64,000 bases of DNA from Dehalococcoidia bacterium. GTDB taxonomy: Bacteria; Chloroflexota; Dehalococcoidia; Lucifugimonadales; VXLM01. Position numbers and translations under genes: made by a program. Within the stretch, counting starts at the first letter, position 1; every line of letters begins with the position of its first letter. Under the pieces are notes generated by a model. The model had not been told where the DNA came from, ran no database searches, and saw only the letters and a list, made by a program, of their open reading frames with translations. The DNA lies in contig OY759598.1 of NCBI GenBank assembly GCA_963662435.1, positions 248,001 through 312,000 on the forward strand, given 5' to 3'. This document shows positions 46,814 through 56,916 of this stretch, one piece after another.

Positions 46814-48297
46814 TCCTTACTCCAGCGCAACACGGGCCTGCGTGCGGCGAGCGCTTCGTCGAGGCGGGTGTTGGGCGTGTTGTGTGGGGCGTTGAGCAAC
46901 AGTTCAGGGTTTTCCTCGGCTTCACTGGCGATCAGCTTCATAACCTCGATAAAGGCGTCGAGCGTTTCCTTGCTCTCAGTCTCGGTCGGCTCTATGAGCA
47001 GCGACTCTTCAACCACGTCGGGAAGCGGGAAATACATCGTTGGCGGATGGATGCCGTAGTCGATCAGGCGCTTGCAGACATCCTTGCCGCTGATGCCGAA
47101 ACTGTCCTTCAGGTTCTTGGCGGAGAAGACCACCTCGTGCTTGCAGTGGCGGTCCTGCGGGAGATCGAAAGTCCCTCGCAGCTGACTGAGGATGTAGTTG
47201 GCGTTGATCACGGCGTCCTCGCTCACCTGCGCTATGCCGACATCGCCAAGCGTGCGTATGTAAGCGTATGCCCGAACGAGAGCGCCGAAGTTCCCCTGGA
47301 AGGGGCCGAGCCTCCCGATGGTCTGTGGCGGCGTGGAGAGTGAGAACCGCTCCCCGTCATCGTCTTCTACGCGGGTGACGTGCGGTTCCGGAAGGAATGG
47401 GAGCAGCCGTTCGCTAACGATGACGGCGCCCGCTCCGGGTCCGCCTCCGCCGTGCGGCTGGGTGAAGGTCTTGTGGAGGTTGGAGTGGACTACGTCGAAA
47501 CCTAGCTCGCCCAGCTTGACCTTGCCGAGGAGGGCGTTAAGGTTCGCGCCGTCGCCGTACATGATGCCGCCGGCATCGCGGACAATCTTGATGACTTCGG
47601 ACAGGTTGGTGTCGAAGATTCCCAGCGTGCTGGGCTGGGTCAACATGAAGCCGGCGAGATCATCGCCGACCGCGGCTTCCAGCGCTTCAAGGTCTGTGTT
47701 GCCCTCGTCGTTGGTTGGCAGCGTCACGACGTGGAATCCGGCAACTACTGCCGATGCGGGGTTGGTGCCGTGGGCGCTGTCCGGGATCAACACCTTCTTG
47801 CGCTTGTCGTCGCCTCTTGACAGGTGATAGGCACGCGCCATGAGCATACCGGCGAACTCGCTCTCGGCTCCGGCCTTAGGCGAGACGCTCGCTCCGGCCA
47901 TCCCCATGATCTCGGTCAGTATCTCCTGAATGTGCCAAACAAGTTTGAGGGCTCCCTGGACGGTCGGTTCTGGCTGGAACGGGTGAATTTCCGAGAGTCC
48001 GGGCAGCGCGGCCATCTCGTCATTGATCTTCGGGTTGTACTTCATCGTACAACTGCCGAGTGGGTAGAAGTTGTGGTCGATGGAGAAGTTGTAGTGGCTG
48101 AGCTGGGAAAAATAGCGGACGATCTCGCTCTCGGAGACTTCCGGCATCTCGAGGCTATCGCGCAGGAGGGCGGCATCCGGAAGTTCCGACTCAGGGACGT
48201 CCAGCGCCGTAAGGCTCGCGCCCAAGCGGCCGGGAGCGCTGCGGTCCATGAGGAGCTTACGGTTGTGTTTTTCCAACCAGCGCTCGGGGGTGGTCAT
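46810..48297 (-). CDS. gcvPB: Glycine dehydrogenase subunit 2
   Basis: YPLGSCTMKYNP, SAHGTNPAS, NLHKTF, PHGGGGPG, IEPTETES. Confidence 0.96.
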   Translation of the reverse strand: MTTPERWLEKHNRKLLMDRSAPGRLGASLTALDVPESELPDAALLRDSLEMPEVSESEIVRYFSQLSHYNFSIDHNFYPLGSCTMKYNPKINDEMAALPGLSEIHPFQPEPTVQGALKLVWHIQEILTEIMGMAGASVSPKAGAESEFAGMLMARAYHLSRGDDKRKKVLIPDSAHGTNPASAVVAGFHVVTLPTNDEGNTDLEALEAAVGDDLAGFMLTQPSTLGIFDTNLSEVIKIVRDAGGIMYGDGANLNALLGKVKLGELGFDVVHSNLHKTFTQPHGGGGPGAGAVIVSERLLPFLPEPHVTRVEDDDGERFSLSTPPQTIGRLGPFQGNFGALVRAYAYIRTLGDVGIAQVSEDAVINANYILSQLRGTFDLPQDRHCKHEVVFSAKNLKDSFGISGKDVCKRLIDYGIHPPTMYFPLPDVVEESLLIEPTETESKETLDAFIEVMKLIASEAEENPELLLNAPHNTPNTRLDEALAARRPVLRWSKD

Positions 48298-49634
48298 GAT
48301 GGTTCGGCTCCAATCTCGGCCAGCGCGGCCCCCAACGCCTCGATCTCATCGCGAGTGTTCAGGTCCGTACAGCAGAGGAGCATTCCGTTCTCGATCTGGT
48401 CGCTCACGTCGAGGCCGCCGATGATTTTGTAGTCGAGCAGTTTCCGGTTCACCTCGGCGGGCGGCAGAGGACACTGGACGACGAACTCGCGGAAGAACGT
48501 GCCCTGAATGGGCAGCGAGTAGCCGGGAATGCCCTCAATGAGTGACGCGAGGTAATGGGCCTTGTGGTAGCAGAGTTCCGCCGTATGCTTAATGCCCTGC
48601 TTGCCCTGCGCCGCCATGTAGACGGCGGACATAAGGGCGATCAGTCCGACGGAAGTGCAGATGTTCGAGGTCGCGCGTTCGCGTCGGATATGCTGCTCAC
48701 GGGTCTGGAGGGTGAGTACATAGCCCGTTCGACCCTCGGTGTCCACGGTCTGGCCGACGATGCGTCCCGGGAGCTGTCGCAGGAATTCTCTGCCACCCTT
48801 GCAGGCGAGGACGCCGACATAGGGCCCGCCATAGGACGGGGAGACGCCGAGTGTTTGCGCCTCCGCTACGACGATATCGGCGTCGTAGCTGCCGGGGGCC
48901 TTGAACATGCCCAACGACGCGAGATCGACGGAGACGATGAGGAGGGCGCCCTTCTCGTGGACGCGGGAAGCCACCGCCTCCAAGTCCTGGAGGTAGCCGA
49001 AGAAATCGGGCTGTTGGACGACCACGCATGCGGCATCATCGGGAATATCGCCGCTTGAACTCAGCACGTCGACTTCGAGGTCGTCATGTCCTTGCGTGTA
49101 GGTGCGAACGACCGACTGGTAGTTGGGTGAAACCGTGTCTGCGAGGACGATCCGCTGTCGCTTGGTGATACGGGCGGCCATCATGGCCGCCTCGGCGAGA
49201 GACGTAGCGCCCTCGTACATGCCAGCGTTGGCGACTTCCATGCCGGTCAGCTGGCAGATCAGCGTCTGGAATTCGTAGTGGGCCTGGAGTGTGCCCTGGG
49301 ATACTTCAGGCTGGTATGGCGTGTAGGAGGTGAGGAACTCGCCGCGAAATGCCAACGCGCGAACTATGGCCGGTACGTGGTGCCGGTACGAACCCGCTCC
49401 GAGGAAGCAGGCGTAGTCGCCCGGCGTGGCGTTCTGTGACGCAAGTTCGCCGAGTACCTGCCGAAGCTCGAACTCGGAGAGAGGTGCGGGAATGTCGAGT
49501 TCCGGGAACCTGTACTGCTCGGGGATGTCCTCGAAGAGTTCGGCTGCTGACTCCACACCTATCGCCGCCAGCATCGCCTCCCGGTCGGAGTCGGTATTCG
49601 GCGAGTAGTGAGACGTGGCAGCAGTGTGATGCAT
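48294..49634 (-). CDS. gcvPA: Glycine dehydrogenase subunit 1
   Basis: FLGAG, YTPYQPEVSQG, LQTREQHIRRERATSNICT. Confidence 0.96.
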   Translation of the reverse strand: MHHTAATSHYSPNTDSDREAMLAAIGVESAAELFEDIPEQYRFPELDIPAPLSEFELRQVLGELASQNATPGDYACFLGAGSYRHHVPAIVRALAFRGEFLTSYTPYQPEVSQGTLQAHYEFQTLICQLTGMEVANAGMYEGATSLAEAAMMAARITKRQRIVLADTVSPNYQSVVRTYTQGHDDLEVDVLSSSGDIPDDAACVVVQQPDFFGYLQDLEAVASRVHEKGALLIVSVDLASLGMFKAPGSYDADIVVAEAQTLGVSPSYGGPYVGVLACKGGREFLRQLPGRIVGQTVDTEGRTGYVLTLQTREQHIRRERATSNICTSVGLIALMSAVYMAAQGKQGIKHTAELCYHKAHYLASLIEGIPGYSLPIQGTFFREFVVQCPLPPAEVNRKLLDYKIIGGLDVSDQIENGMLLCCTDLNTRDEIEALGAALAEIGAEPS

Positions 49635-49693
49635 ATCGTAGTTCGTGTGGGAACCCCGCACGGGGTCAATAATGGGGAGCCTCGAGGTCGAGG

Positions 49694-50080
49694 CTACAGA
49701 GTCCCCAAGAACTCCTGGTAGTCGGCGGCGGACATCAGGCCGTCCAGCTGCGAGGTATCACTCAGCTCGACTCGGATCATCCAGCCCTCGCCGTATGCCG
49801 AGTCGTTCACGAGTTCAGGGGTATCGTCAAGCTCTTCATTTCGCTCCACGACCTTTCCACTAATGGGCGAGTACAATTCGCTGACGGCCTTGACCGATTC
49901 GATCTCCCCGAACACACCCATGGCCGAGACCTCGGTTCCGGCATCGGGCAATTCGACGAAGACAACGTCACCAAGCTCGTCCGCAGCATATTCGGTGATG
50001 CCAACAACGACGGTTGTCTCTGACTCGACTCGGAGCCACTCGTGCTCCTTGGTGTACTTGAGGTCGTCCGGGTAGTTCAT
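49694..50080 (-). CDS. gcvH: Glycine cleavage system H protein
   Basis: YTKEHEW, lipoyl motif ESVKAVSE. Confidence 0.97.
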   Translation of the reverse strand: MNYPDDLKYTKEHEWLRVESETTVVVGITEYAADELGDVVFVELPDAGTEVSAMGVFGEIESVKAVSELYSPISGKVVERNEELDDTPELVNDSAYGEGWMIRVELSDTSQLDGLMSAADYQEFLGTL

Positions 50081-51168
50081 GATGCTCTCCGCGAATATAA
50101 GGGAAGGGGCCTAACAACCGCCTCGACGCTGCGTCGTCTGATTTGTATCCATAGCTTGGTATCAAGCTTCGAAAAATCGGTAGGAACATAGCCCAAGCCA
50201 ATATTCTTGTCAAGCGTAAAGGAGACGCTCCCGCTGGTCACCTCGCCGATTTTTTTCGTGCCGTCGGTAATTTCGTACCCGTGTCTGGCGATGCCTCGAC
50301 CGACCATCTCGAATCCGACAAGCTTACGGTCGGTGCCCTCGTCACGGATTCTCCTCAGTGCCTCGCCAGGTATGTAGTCGTCCCTGTCGACATCTATGAA
50401 CTTGTCGAGACCGGCCTCATACGGGTTGACGGAGGTATCCATGTCGTTTCCATGGAGGAGGAAAGCTGCCTCAAGTCTGAGGAGATCGCGGGAGGCGAGA
50501 CCACACGGAGCTATGCCGCACGCTAGCAGCGAATTCCATATGGATACGACGGTTTCGACCGACGGCATTATCTCGTAGCCGTCCTCTCCGGTGTACCCCG
50601 TACGGGCGACAAGGACTGCTTCTCCGTCAATATCGACAGGGGCGATTCTGAATGGGCGAATCTTCTCCAGGGCGTCCCCGGCAACCTTCGCGAAGAGCTC
50701 CCTGGCTGTGGGGCCTTGGATTGCGATCATGGCGAGCCGGTCTGAAGCGTCGTCGATTTCGACCGAACCGTCAGAGGGCGCCCATCGGTGAAGCCAAGAC
50801 GAGACCGCTTGTCGATTGCCCGCGTTTGGGACGTAGAGATAGCGGTCTTCTCCCAGGCGGTAGACGATGTTGTCGTCGATGATGCCTCCCTCTTCGTTGC
50901 AGGTGAGGCCGTACTTGGCGCGCCCCCGTCGTAACTTGGTGACGTCCGAGCTGAATACTCTGCTCACGAACTTCCCCGCACCCGGACCGCTCACGAAGAG
51001 TCGACCCATGTGCGATACGTCAAACATTCCCGCGCGCTCGCGGACTGTATCCACCTCTTCCAGGATGGTGGCGTACTGCACAGGCATGTCCCACCCGGAG
51101 AACGGGACCATACGCGCGCGCATCGATACGTGGGTCTGGTGTAGCGGAGTTGTTAGCAGTTCTGACAA
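50077..51168 (-). CDS. gcvT: Glycine cleavage system aminomethyltransferase T
   Basis: FSGWDMPVQY, FDVSHMG, RTGYTGEDG, RLEA. Confidence 0.96.
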   Translation of the reverse strand: MSELLTTPLHQTHVSMRARMVPFSGWDMPVQYATILEEVDTVRERAGMFDVSHMGRLFVSGPGAGKFVSRVFSSDVTKLRRGRAKYGLTCNEEGGIIDDNIVYRLGEDRYLYVPNAGNRQAVSSWLHRWAPSDGSVEIDDASDRLAMIAIQGPTARELFAKVAGDALEKIRPFRIAPVDIDGEAVLVARTGYTGEDGYEIMPSVETVVSIWNSLLACGIAPCGLASRDLLRLEAAFLLHGNDMDTSVNPYEAGLDKFIDVDRDDYIPGEALRRIRDEGTDRKLVGFEMVGRGIARHGYEITDGTKKIGEVTSGSVSFTLDKNIGLGYVPTDFSKLDTKLWIQIRRRSVEAVVRPLPLYSRRAS

Positions 51169-51170
51169 TG

Positions 51171-52049
51171 CTACTCCTCGTCCAAGGCTTCTTTGAATCT
51201 TCGTATGGCTTCAATGTGGTCGGAGGGAGTCGGGAGACCTGAATTCATGGTATTGATGGACAGGTGCGTCACCCCCGCCGCTTCCCACTTAGACACGCCG
51301 ATTTTGGCGTCACCGAGCAACAGGTCCCTATATCCCAAGACCTTCTCGAATCCCACCGCTGAAGTGTCCCGGCCGGCGTCTCGCGCGTAAGCCTTGACCC
51401 GTTCGACTGCCGAGATTGTCTCCTGCGTGGGCTCGTTGCCTCCACCGGCGATGATCCAGCCGTCGCCCATTCTGCCGATCCGGCGGAGGACGCGGTCATG
51501 GTAGCCGCCGAACCAGATGGGGATTGACTTGCGAATGGGCAGGGGATTGATGCCGGCGTCCATAATCGTGTGCCATCGTCCCTCGTAGCTTACAAGGTCG
51601 TTTGCCCACAGTTCCCTCATCACGTCGACCTGCTCTTCGGAGCGACGGCCCCGATTGGTGAAGTCCTCACCCAAGGCCTCGTATTCCACGCTGTTCCAGC
51701 CAATCCCGATGCCGAGCCTGAGCCGGCCGCCGGAGAGCACGTCTACCTCCGCGGCCTGCTTTGCGACGAGGGCGGTCTGACGCTGTGGAAGTATGAGGAT
51801 GCCGGTTACGAGTTCGATCTGCCGGGTAAGCCCGGCCAGGTAGCCGAACAGTACGAACGGCTCGTGGAACGAGTCCTGGTGACGATAGGGACCTCGGAGC
51901 CAGTCGTGGGTCTCTCGATTGGCGCCGAGAACGTGATCGTAGACGAGGAGATGGTCGTATCCGAGCGCCTCAGCGGTCTGCGCGTAGTCTCGGATTAGGA
52001 CCGGGTCGTTGCCGATTTCAAGCTGTGGGAATACTACGCCGACTTGCAC
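51171..52049 (-). CDS. LLM-class F420-dependent oxidoreductase
   Basis: YDHVLG, HEPFVLFGYLA, LPQRQTALVAKQAAEVD.LSGGRLRLG. Confidence 0.92.
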   Translation of the reverse strand: MQVGVVFPQLEIGNDPVLIRDYAQTAEALGYDHLLVYDHVLGANRETHDWLRGPYRHQDSFHEPFVLFGYLAGLTRQIELVTGILILPQRQTALVAKQAAEVDVLSGGRLRLGIGIGWNSVEYEALGEDFTNRGRRSEEQVDVMRELWANDLVSYEGRWHTIMDAGINPLPIRKSIPIWFGGYHDRVLRRIGRMGDGWIIAGGGNEPTQETISAVERVKAYARDAGRDTSAVGFEKVLGYRDLLLGDAKIGVSKWEAAGVTHLSINTMNSGLPTPSDHIEAIRRFKEALDEE

Positions 52050-52206
52050 TCAGGGCCACCGGATTTAGTCTCCCATTCATTATACGCCAGCGGGGTATGG
52101 CACGCTAATTTGGAAGGTAAGCGTAGCAGGGGAGCGAATGCTGATCCGTTGGGTGCCCTAGCGGACATCTGGTAAGAATCTACTTGTGGGGCCGTGAGGG
52201 CGGGTT

Positions 52207-54477
52207 TTACTGCAGGTCGTGGGGCGTGTAGATCTCGACCGAGTTGTTGATGGCCCTGTTGCGGGCCTCCCCTCCGACGGCGATGACCCTCCCATCAGGC
52301 AAGAGCGTGGTAGTGTGGTCCCTGCGGGAGTCGAACATCTTGCCGCCGTAGAGCCAACCGCCGGTGGTACCGTCGAAGATCCAAGCCTTGGTCGTTCCCG
52401 TTCCGCCGAGCATGAGTACGCCACCGTTTTGGAGCCTCGTCATCGTCGGACTCACCCTAGTCTCCGGAAGGCGGTCGACGTAGTCCCATTGACTTGTTCC
52501 CAGCTTGTGAATCAGGGCAGAGTTTGATGCCCCTTGAGCGCCGAAGCCGCCGGCAACCAATATGGTCCCGTCGAACAGAACACCCACTGCCGCGTCTCGC
52601 AGTCGCTGGTCGAGGTTTGGAAGCAGTGACCATGTGTTTGAGTTGAAATCGTACACCTCAACTGTCGGACCCGATCCGCCGGCGACCATGAGGCGTCCGT
52701 CCGGCAGCGTCTCCATGGAGTGGCCTGACCTTCCGTCCACCATTTGTGATACCACCGTCCACGTGTCGGATGCTGGATCGTACACCTCGGCGGTGGCGAT
52801 CTTTCCCTCGTCGTTCTCGCCGCCAACGACGATTACCGTGCCATCACTCAGCTCGGCCGCAGTATGCGCCCATCTGGCCCCGGACAAGTCCGCCGCCATC
52901 GTCCATGTGCCGTCAACCGGATCGTAGATCTCCGCGGACTTGACGAAGGTGATTTTTCTCGCTCCCTCTTCGTCGATCACCAGGTTCCGCCCGCCGGCTA
53001 CAATGACCCGTCCGTCGCCGAGCTTGGCTGCCACGTGTCCGCCACGAGGCACGTTCATGTCCGCAACTGCGCGCGACTCGCCGGAGCTCGGATCATATAT
53101 CTCAGTTGAGGGGATAAAATCGACCAGGGTGTTGACATCTTCGCCGTCGAGTCTGGCCCTTCCGCCCGCCAAGAGAAGCGTGCCGTCGTCCAGCAGGGTA
53201 GCGGTGTGACCTGCGCGAGGTTGCACCAGTGGCGGGGCCTTCTCCCAGGAGCCCAGGAACGGGTCTGACACCCATGCCTCCGTCTTGGGGTTGTAGAACT
53301 CCACCGAGTCATAGGGTCCCGCTCTATGGGCACCGCCGATGACCATTACCCGGCCGTCGTTCAGTACCACGGCACGATGGGAGACTCGCGCGGCGTCCAT
53401 GTTGCCCGCGGGAGTAAAGAGGTTAGTCTCGGGATCGAAGGTCTCGGCAGTGTCTTCGGTCTCACCTTGCCTCAGCCCGCCTCCGGCTATCAGAACCCGG
53501 CCGTCCGGCAGGAGAGTGGCAGTGTGGTCTTGTCGTGGCGCTCCCGGCTCCGGCAGCTCCTCCCAAGTGTTAGTGGCCGGATCGTATACCTCGGCGCTGC
53601 TGAACTCTTCTCCTCCGTACGCCAGGACCCTGCCATCATTCAGGAGCGTCAGGGAGAGCGCGACACGACCCGTAGTCAGATTACCGCCTGACGACCAATC
53701 ACCGGTCGCCGGATCGTAGATCTCTGCCTGTTCCACGGGAGTGCCCGCGCCATCGCCGCCACCGGCGATAAGAATGCGTCCGTCTTCCAGACGAACGGAG
53801 TCATGGGAGCCACGGTGGAATTGCAGGCTGGCAATCTCCGCCCAGTCCTCCCTTTCGGGGTCATAGACTTCTGCAGTGTTCAGGGCCCCACCACGCGTGC
53901 CTATGCCGCCCGTTACCAGAACTTTCCCATCGTCGAGCAGGATAGCGTTGTGAAGTCCACGATTGTCGATCATACGGCGCACCTGAATCCACGTATCCGT
54001 CTCCGGGTCGTATAGTTCAGCTGAATTGAGATTCTCGGTCTCACCCGTGCCACCCATGACCAGGATTCGTCCGTCCTGCATCACTACGGCAGGGCTGAAT
54101 GCCCTCGAGGTGAGCATCCTGGCCTTGGTCGTCCAAGTGTCGGTCGCAGGATCGTATTCTTCGACGAGGGGGAAGGAGCCATAGGGCCCGATGCCGCCAA
54201 TGGCGAGCACTTTGCCGTCATCCAACTTGACGACCCCGAAGGCCTGGCGTGGATCGTTCATGTTGCGAGTGTTCGTCTTGGCCAGCGTGGCCGGGCGACT
54301 TGTCTGTGCCGTTCGCCTATCCGTTGATGGGTCAACTTCCTGACCGGACGGTGAGGCAACTTCTGCGGTGGCCGTGGAATCCGGAGAGGTTGAATCGCCG
54401 CCGCAGGCAAACAGGAGCGTCGCGGCAGCAAGAGCCGCAATGAGAATGGTTGAGCTGGCAGGGTGAGTCGTGGTCAT
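52207..54477 (-). CDS. Kelch-repeat lipoprotein (14 repeats)
   Basis: Lipobox LFAC, Ser/Thr linker, 14 copies of R..H....L.DGRVL..GG...E.YDP...W. Confidence 0.9.
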   Translation of the reverse strand: MTTTHPASSTILIAALAAATLLFACGGDSTSPDSTATAEVASPSGQEVDPSTDRRTAQTSRPATLAKTNTRNMNDPRQAFGVVKLDDGKVLAIGGIGPYGSFPLVEEYDPATDTWTTKARMLTSRAFSPAVVMQDGRILVMGGTGETENLNSAELYDPETDTWIQVRRMIDNRGLHNAILLDDGKVLVTGGIGTRGGALNTAEVYDPEREDWAEIASLQFHRGSHDSVRLEDGRILIAGGGDGAGTPVEQAEIYDPATGDWSSGGNLTTGRVALSLTLLNDGRVLAYGGEEFSSAEVYDPATNTWEELPEPGAPRQDHTATLLPDGRVLIAGGGLRQGETEDTAETFDPETNLFTPAGNMDAARVSHRAVVLNDGRVMVIGGAHRAGPYDSVEFYNPKTEAWVSDPFLGSWEKAPPLVQPRAGHTATLLDDGTLLLAGGRARLDGEDVNTLVDFIPSTEIYDPSSGESRAVADMNVPRGGHVAAKLGDGRVIVAGGRNLVIDEEGARKITFVKSAEIYDPVDGTWTMAADLSGARWAHTAAELSDGTVIVVGGENDEGKIATAEVYDPASDTWTVVSQMVDGRSGHSMETLPDGRLMVAGGSGPTVEVYDFNSNTWSLLPNLDQRLRDAAVGVLFDGTILVAGGFGAQGASNSALIHKLGTSQWDYVDRLPETRVSPTMTRLQNGGVLMLGGTGTTKAWIFDGTTGGWLYGGKMFDSRRDHTTTLLPDGRVIAVGGEARNRAINNSVEIYTPHDLQ

Positions 54478-54849
54478 CGTCGTTCGGTGGCGGCTTTTTC
54501 CGGACTCGGCGCTGTGTATTCAACAACACGCGCGGGGATTGTGGGCCCGAGTCCTGTCTGTAATATCACAACGCGAAGCAGTAAGTATTGGTTAGTCGGA
54601 GTCGCACGGAGTATGGTTCAAGGGTGGGCCAAATTGTAGCATCGAGGATCGAAACCGGTCAATTTGAACACCGTTCATCGTGCGGTGAAATCATGGTTCG
54701 CGAGTGCTATGATGCGGCAGGTACGGCGCGAAACCGTCGTTGTGCTAAACTACCGCACCACGGTCGGCTTATTAGCTGAGCGAGACTTGGCGAACGAATA
54801 ACTGTTCGCCGATCGGCCGACGGACCAACGAACGAGGAGGTATGAGTCC

Positions 54850-56262
54850 ATGAAAATGTATATCGGAGGAGAGTGGGTCAACCGCGACGAAAAGGTGGAT
54901 GTGATCAACCCCTACGACGGCTCGGTAATCGACACGGTGCCGTCGGGCAACGTGGACGATCTCGAGACGGCGCTGGCCAGCGCCGTGCGGGGTGCGGAGA
55001 TCATGCGAAACATGTCGGGCTATCGGCGTTTCGAGATTCTGCGCCGAGCTGCGGACATCATCACGGAGCGGCAGGACGAGTTGGGCCGGACGATCTCGAT
55101 GGAAGAGGGCAAGATCATCGGCGAGGGACTCGCTGAAGCCGAGAGAGCGAAGCAGACGATTGAGCTGTCCGGCGAGGAAGCCAAGCGTCTGTATGGAGAG
55201 ACAATCCCCCTGGACGGTGCCACTAATTGGACGGGCCAGTACGGGTTCACCATGCGTGTGCCGGTAGGGGTCGTCGCGGCGATCAGCCCATTCAACTTCC
55301 CGCTCAACCTTGTCGCGCACAAGGTGGGCCCCGCCCTGGCAGCGGGCAATTCGGTGATCATCAAACCCGCGACCGACACGCCGCTCTCGGCGCTAAAGCT
55401 CACGGAGATTCTCCTGGAGGCGGGAGCGCCTGCCGAGGCCGTTCAGTGCATCACCGGTTCGGGCAGCAGGATAGGGGACCCGTTGGTTGCCGACCCTCGT
55501 GTGAGAAAGGTGACCTTTACGGGAAGCAGAGACGTTGGTGAGCGTATCTGTCAGACGGCCGGACTGAAAAAGGTGACGATGGAGCTAGGCTCCAATTCGC
55601 CACTGATCGTGATGAGCGATGCAGACATGGACAAGGTCATCGCCGGCACGCTTTCGAGTGGATTCTCAAACGCCGGACAGGTGTGCATCTCGGCTCAGCG
55701 GGTAATGGCAAGCAGCGACATCTACGGCGACTTCGTGGATGCCTTAACCGAGGGGGTGCAGGGGCTGACGACAGGGAACCAGCTCGACACCTCGGTCACC
55801 ATGGGGCCGATGGTGCGGAGCGAGGACGCGGTTCGCGTGAACTCGTGGATACAGGAGGCCGTGGGTGCGGGAGCACGCGCGACGACAGGCGGAGAGTACG
55901 AGGGCGCCCTCCATGAGCCCACCGTCGTGGCGGACGTGAAGCCAGACATGCGGATATCACGTGAGGAGATATTCGGACCGGCCGTTGCGGTCTCGTCCTT
56001 CGATGACATCGACCAAGCCATCGCGTCGGCCAACGACACCATCTACGGTCTGAGCGCGGCCATCTTCACCCAGAACGTCGATTGGGCGATGCAGTACGCC
56101 AAGGAAGTTTACTCAGGGAACATCCAGATCAACTCTGGTCCACAGTGGCGGGCTGACCTCATGCCTTACGGTGGGCTCAAGGACAGCGGCATGGGCAAGG
56201 AGGGACCGAGGTACGCGGTTGAGGAGATGACGGAAACGAAGATGGTCATTTTCCATCCGTAG
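54850..56262 (+). CDS. Aldehyde dehydrogenase family protein
   Basis: PFNFP, FTGS, ELG, GQVCIS, EEIFGP. RBS GAGGAGG. Confidence 0.95.
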   Translation: MKMYIGGEWVNRDEKVDVINPYDGSVIDTVPSGNVDDLETALASAVRGAEIMRNMSGYRRFEILRRAADIITERQDELGRTISMEEGKIIGEGLAEAERAKQTIELSGEEAKRLYGETIPLDGATNWTGQYGFTMRVPVGVVAAISPFNFPLNLVAHKVGPALAAGNSVIIKPATDTPLSALKLTEILLEAGAPAEAVQCITGSGSRIGDPLVADPRVRKVTFTGSRDVGERICQTAGLKKVTMELGSNSPLIVMSDADMDKVIAGTLSSGFSNAGQVCISAQRVMASSDIYGDFVDALTEGVQGLTTGNQLDTSVTMGPMVRSEDAVRVNSWIQEAVGAGARATTGGEYEGALHEPTVVADVKPDMRISREEIFGPAVAVSSFDDIDQAIASANDTIYGLSAAIFTQNVDWAMQYAKEVYSGNIQINSGPQWRADLMPYGGLKDSGMGKEGPRYAVEEMTETKMVIFHP

Positions 56263-56292
56263 CGACTTTAGGAACTGACGGCGCCCGGGGAG

Positions 56293-56850
56293 CTACGCGA
56301 ACAGTTCGTCAACGGCCATCGTCCAGTCCGGGACGGCGGGCTCGGCCTCTGCGATTTCGCCGCGACGGTAGATTTCCGGTGTTGAGGGGTCGGTTGAGCG
56401 GTAGACCCTGACTGTGTCTTCTCCGAGGAGACCGACGTCCCAAACAACCAAAGTTCCCGCAGCGAAGTAGTCGGCTCGCTTCTCCGCCATGTCCCGTTCG
56501 GCGGCAGGCCCATAGTCGTTTTCGCTCCGAATCTCTACGGCGAATGCAGGCGCCCCTTCAAAGAACTTCATACCAGGGCGTTCCCCGGTAAAGTAAGCTA
56601 CGTCGGGACTGAAGGACTGTCTGTAGGGTAGATTGACGATAAAGCCCGCGTTATCCGGGACGGCGATTCCAGGGTGTCCATCCAGCACATACTGGCGCAA
56701 GCTCACGAATATGTTTCCGCCGGACAGACTGGGATCGCCTCCCGTAGGAGCCATAAGCCGCAATTCTCCTCTGACAAGTTCGGCCTTACCGCCATCTGCC
56801 ACTTTGTACAGGTCGGCCACTGTCGCAGGTTTCTTTATGACAGTTACCAT
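56293..56850 (-). CDS. Uma2 family endonuclease
   Basis: ELVRG..MAP, SPDVAY, AVEIRS, K..DYFAAG..VW. Confidence 0.9.
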   Translation of the reverse strand: MVTVIKKPATVADLYKVADGGKAELVRGELRLMAPTGGDPSLSGGNIFVSLRQYVLDGHPGIAVPDNAGFIVNLPYRQSFSPDVAYFTGERPGMKFFEGAPAFAVEIRSENDYGPAAERDMAEKRADYFAAGTLVVWDVGLLGEDTVRVYRSTDPSTPEIYRRGEIAEAEPAVPDWTMAVDELFA

Positions 56851-56916
56851 GAGCGCCTCTCAGTTTCCGAGGTGTCGGGTTAACCGGTGGTCTTCATTAT
56901 ACCCGACGCTTTGTCC

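Noticed and set aside
52050..52206. Glycine riboswitch ahead of the gcv operon
   Set aside because: No GGAGA..CCGAAG..CTCTCAGG aptamer pattern seen.
54480..54849. Riboswitch or sRNA upstream of the aldehyde dehydrogenase
   Set aside because: Only a short hairpin (GGCGAAC..GTTCGCC) and -10-like boxes, with no recognisable family.
56293..56850. Uma2 nuclease as part of a defence system
   Set aside because: A solitary member of a commonly expanded family with no defence neighbours.
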